DNA of 64,000 nucleotides, from positions 41,044,001 through 41,108,000 of the forward strand of contig CM069145.1 of assembly GCA_035221665.1 (NCBI GenBank). The letters run 5' to 3'. This DNA is from Okamejei kenojei (lineage: Eukaryota). Shown here piece after piece: positions 60,622 to 64,000 of the stretch. Position numbers and translations under genes: made by a program. The first letter of the stretch is position 1. Each line of letters begins with the position of its first letter. Under the pieces are notes generated by a model. That model saw nothing but the letters and a program-made list of their open reading frames with translations, was not told the DNA's origin and did not search any database.

Positions 60622-60817
60622 CTGCACCCAGGGCCAGGCGGTGGAGAAACAACAATCAGGTCGGTTCGCAGATGTCAATTTGTGATACAAGCAGGTACTG
60701 CTACGAGAGTCTAGTTTAGTTTATTGTTTATTGTCATGTGCACCGAGGTACAGTGAAAAACCTTTTGTTGCGTGCTATCCAGTCAGCGGAAAGAATATAC
60801 ACGGTTACAATCGATTT

Positions 60818-61030
60818 GTAGGAAGGAACTGCAGATGCTGATTTATACCGAAGATAGACACAAAGTGCTGGAATAACTCAGCGGGTGGGGCAGCATCTCG
60901 GGGAAATGGAATAGGTGGCCTTCGGGTTGGAACCCTTCTTCTGACCTGAAGAAGGGTTCCGACCCGAAACGTCACCTGTCCTTTCTCTCCAGAGATGCTG
61001 CCTGAGCCGATGAGTTACTCCAGCATTTTT
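60818..61030. repeat. inverted pair of Penelope-derived short repeats (representative of many copies)
   Basis: GGAACTGCAGATGCTG...AACTCAGCGGG...CCCTTCTTC followed by its reverse complement. Similar pairs near 16290, 20680, 21005, 30480, 37100, 37360, 41410 and 56860. Confidence 0.7.
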
Positions 61031-61919
61031 GGTCTAGGATTACAATCGAGGTGTCCATGGTGCAGATACAAAATAAATGGAATAACGTTTAGTGCAAGAT
61101 AAGGTCCAGTAGAGTACGATTAAAGATAGTCTGAGGGTCTCCAATGAGGTAGATGGTAGGTCAAGACTGCTCGCTAGTTGGTGAGAGGATGGTTCAGTTG
61201 CCTGATGACAGCCGAGAAGAAACGGTCCCTGAATTTGGAGGTATGTGTTTTTAACTGGGGCATCGATAAATAGATTATTTAGCCAGAGGGTGGCAAACCT
61301 GCGGAATTCATTGCTACAGACAGCGGTGGACACAAGTCACTGGGTATTTTTAATGCGGAGATTGACAGGTTCTTGATAGGTTCGGGTGTCAAAGGTTACG
61401 GGGAGAAGGCAGGAGAATGGGGTTGAGAGGGAAAAAAAGATCAGGCATGATCAAATAGCGAAGTAGACTCGATGGGCGGAATGGCCCTAATGCTGCTCCT
61501 ATGCCTTGTGATCTTGATTGTTTTCTCCAGAAAGTCGGGACTCCTGATAGCAGTGTATAGAATTATAAGAGGCATGGGTGGATAGCACACTGGTGCAGCT
61601 GGTAGAGGGCCGGCTTCCATCCTGACCTCAGATCACCTCGTACAGGTGAGGGCCTGGAACGCACTGCCGGGGTGGCTGTGGAGGCAGATAGGATAGTGGC
61701 ATTTGAGACTTCTGGATAGGGAAATGGAAATGCAGGGAATGGAGGGATACCGATCAGGTGCAGGCAGATAAGAGTTGGTCTTGGCATTGTGTTCAGCACA
61801 GACATGGTGAGCCGAACAGCCCGTTCCAGTGCTGCACTGTTCTATGTTGCAAGTCAGCATAAAGGTTTCATGTTAAGTCTTGCGTTAGTCTAAAGAAACT
61901 TGGAGAAACTCTAACTTAC

Positions 61920-61976
61920 CTTATCAGTCAGTGCGGCAGCCACAGGATGATATCGTAAGACAAGGGATTTAGTTAG
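61920..61976 (-). CDS. MMS19: MMS19 exon (LTKSLVLRYHPVAAALTDK)
   Basis: cctcag|...|gtaagt, 57 nt. Confidence 0.94.
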
Positions 61977-62786
61977 CTGAGGAAATAAAACCAGAACATA
62001 GATTACATGGTGGAAGCCATATTGTACCTCACGGAAGCTTGATTGAATGACACAGCACAGAAACAAGCCCTTCGGCCCACTGAGTCCACGCTGACCATCG
62101 GTCACCCGTTCACTCTAGTTCCACGTTGTCGCACTTTCTCATCTACTCCCTACACACTAGGGGGCAATTTACCAAGGCCAATCAAATCTACAAACCCACA
62201 CGTCTTTGGAATGTGGGAGAAAACCGAAGCACCTGGAGAAAACCCACGGGGTCACAGGGAGAACGTGCAAACTCCACGCAGACAGCATGGTAAAAGTCTT
62301 TCACAACCATTGAAATGCACCTAAATGCTTTGCAACTAAACAGGGTGGCACAATAGGAGTTGCTGCCTTACAGTGCCAGAGACCCGGGATCGATCCTGAC
62401 CTCGGGTGCTGTCTGTACAAAGTTTGTATGTTTTTCCTGCGACCGCATGGGTTTTCTCCAGACGCTCCGGTTTCCTCCCACCAAAGACAGATTAATCGGC
62501 CCCGGAAAAAATTGTCCCCAGTGTGAGGGATGGTGTTAGTGCATGTGGGTGATCATCGGGCAGCACGGACTCAGTGGGCCGAAGGGCCTTTTTCCTCAAA
62601 CAACTAAAGCACCCAAGATCAGGATCGAGCCTGGGTCTCTGGTGCTGTGAGGTAGCAGATCACCAGCTGCGCTGCTGTGCCGACCCATTTGGTTGCAAGG
62701 CATTTTGATGTTTTACAAAAGGTTGTGAAAGACTTGTAGTCGAGAGAAATATCCATCACAATTGATGTTGTATCCAATCCCCTTAC

Positions 62787-62908
62787 CCAGAGCAACAAGG
62801 TGAAAATCCGTGTCCGGCTGCTCGGCTGTGAGCAGTCACCGCCGTTCCTCTGGAGCTCACTGTCCATCTTCTTCAGCACATCTCGCAAGACACCGTCCAA
62901 CTGTTCAC
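62787..62908 (-). CDS. MMS19: MMS19 exon (GEQLDGVLRDVLKKMDSEL...IFTLLLW)
   Basis: ttgcag|...|gtaagg, 122 nt, phase-compatible with the next exon. The gene continues beyond the window. Confidence 0.9.
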
Positions 62909-63349
62909 CTGCAAGAGAGTGAACCATGGAGTTTAGGTCCTGGCTTCACCAGCCTATTATAGACGGTACAGAGGGGCTGAAAAGCAGTTCCCTTTGGCAA
63001 AACATTTGTGCCTTATGTTTGTCTGCATCCCATCCCTCCAATCTGACCTTCACCAACCACGCCTCTCTGCAGTTCTCCATTTTATCAACAGGACTGTGTT
63101 TATTTACTCTGCTGCAGGATGAATGATACAGCAAGCCAGTTTACCTGGCAGTCTCCATTGCTACCCAGAATGCTGGGATCCGACTGCGGAACGATGGTGA
63201 TGGAGATGTGCATGCAAACACCAAAACCTCCTTTTAGGTTTAAGGTGAGATGGGAAAGATTTAAAACAAACCCGAGAGGCAACTTTCTCCACACAAGCAT
63301 ATGGAACGAGCTGCCAGAGGAAGCAGTTGAGGCAGGCACTATAACAGCA

Positions 63350-64000
63350 TTTTTTTATTTTTTTAAATTTAATTCTTTATTTCAAACAGAATAAAAGAAT
63401 AAAAAGCAAGTGTGAAACAGCATACAAAACAAAACAAGAATATTTATAAAGTGTCATAAACAATATCTATAAATAAATGAAATTGTATGTGTCCGAAAAG
63501 GAGCAGGAAGAAGCCAAAGCTTATTAATTCCCACCCCTTATTCATCTGCTTATAATTATCTTATACAAATTTAGCAGCTATATGTACACCATATGTACAC
63601 CAGCAGCTATATGTACACCAAATTATTTACATTTATACACTAATCAAATATTTCCAAAGCCGTACAAAAAAAGAGAAAAAAAGAAAAAAGAAAAGAAAAA
63701 ACCCTCATATACTATACAGTATCTCTTAGTCATATATACAACCCTTCACCCTATAATCACCCTTCCCAATACAATCAGTATAACAAATATCCCACTCAAT
63801 CACCTATCCTCATCCCAATATCCTTTTAAAAAAGTGTTTTTGTACATCTTTTTAAACTGAATTATGTTTGTGCCAAGTTTTATCTCCTGTTCCAGACCAT
63901 TCCACAAATTCACCCCACACATTGTTATGCACATACTTTTAAGAGTTGTTCTGACATTGAGTTTTTTTAAATTATGTTCCCCTCTCAAATTATACCCACC
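63350..64000 (-). mobile_element. non-LTR LINE 3' end (L2/Crack-like)
   Basis: ORF 63800..63988 (GVNLWNGL...IIQFKK) is typical of the ORF2 C-terminus in this group; A-rich tail near 63350-63390. Confidence 0.65.

Overview
Eukaryotic, intron-rich vertebrate DNA. The repeat landscape (CR1 LINEs, HE1-type V-SINEs, Penelope-derived palindromic repeats, Rex/Babar, Helitrons) points to a cartilaginous fish, most likely a skate or ray; this is inference. Four spliced genes can be assembled by hand. (1) The 5' exons of LCOR lie on the - strand (about 3.1-17.5 kb), head-to-head across a CpG island with EXOSC1. (2) EXOSC1/Csl4 is complete (+, 8 exons, 194 aa). (3) The ZDHHC16 palmitoyltransferase is complete (+, 9 coding exons, 356 aa). 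(4) The last 8 exons of MMS19 lie on the - strand. Nearly all long ORFs in the supplied track are decayed transposon sequence or chance ORFs. Most notable observations: a U6 snRNA-CR1 LINE chimeric retrocopy; compensated frameshifts and a shifted acceptor that erase the Cys motif of the LCOR N-terminal extension; abundant hammerhead-ribozyme-like cores in inverted Penelope-derived repeats; two U12-type introns; a +1 frameshift and a duplicated pseudo-exon in MMS19; a Tc1 element sitting at the centre of a palindrome; and a complete non-autonomous Helitron. Gene identities rest on my recall of the vertebrate proteins; no searches were run.
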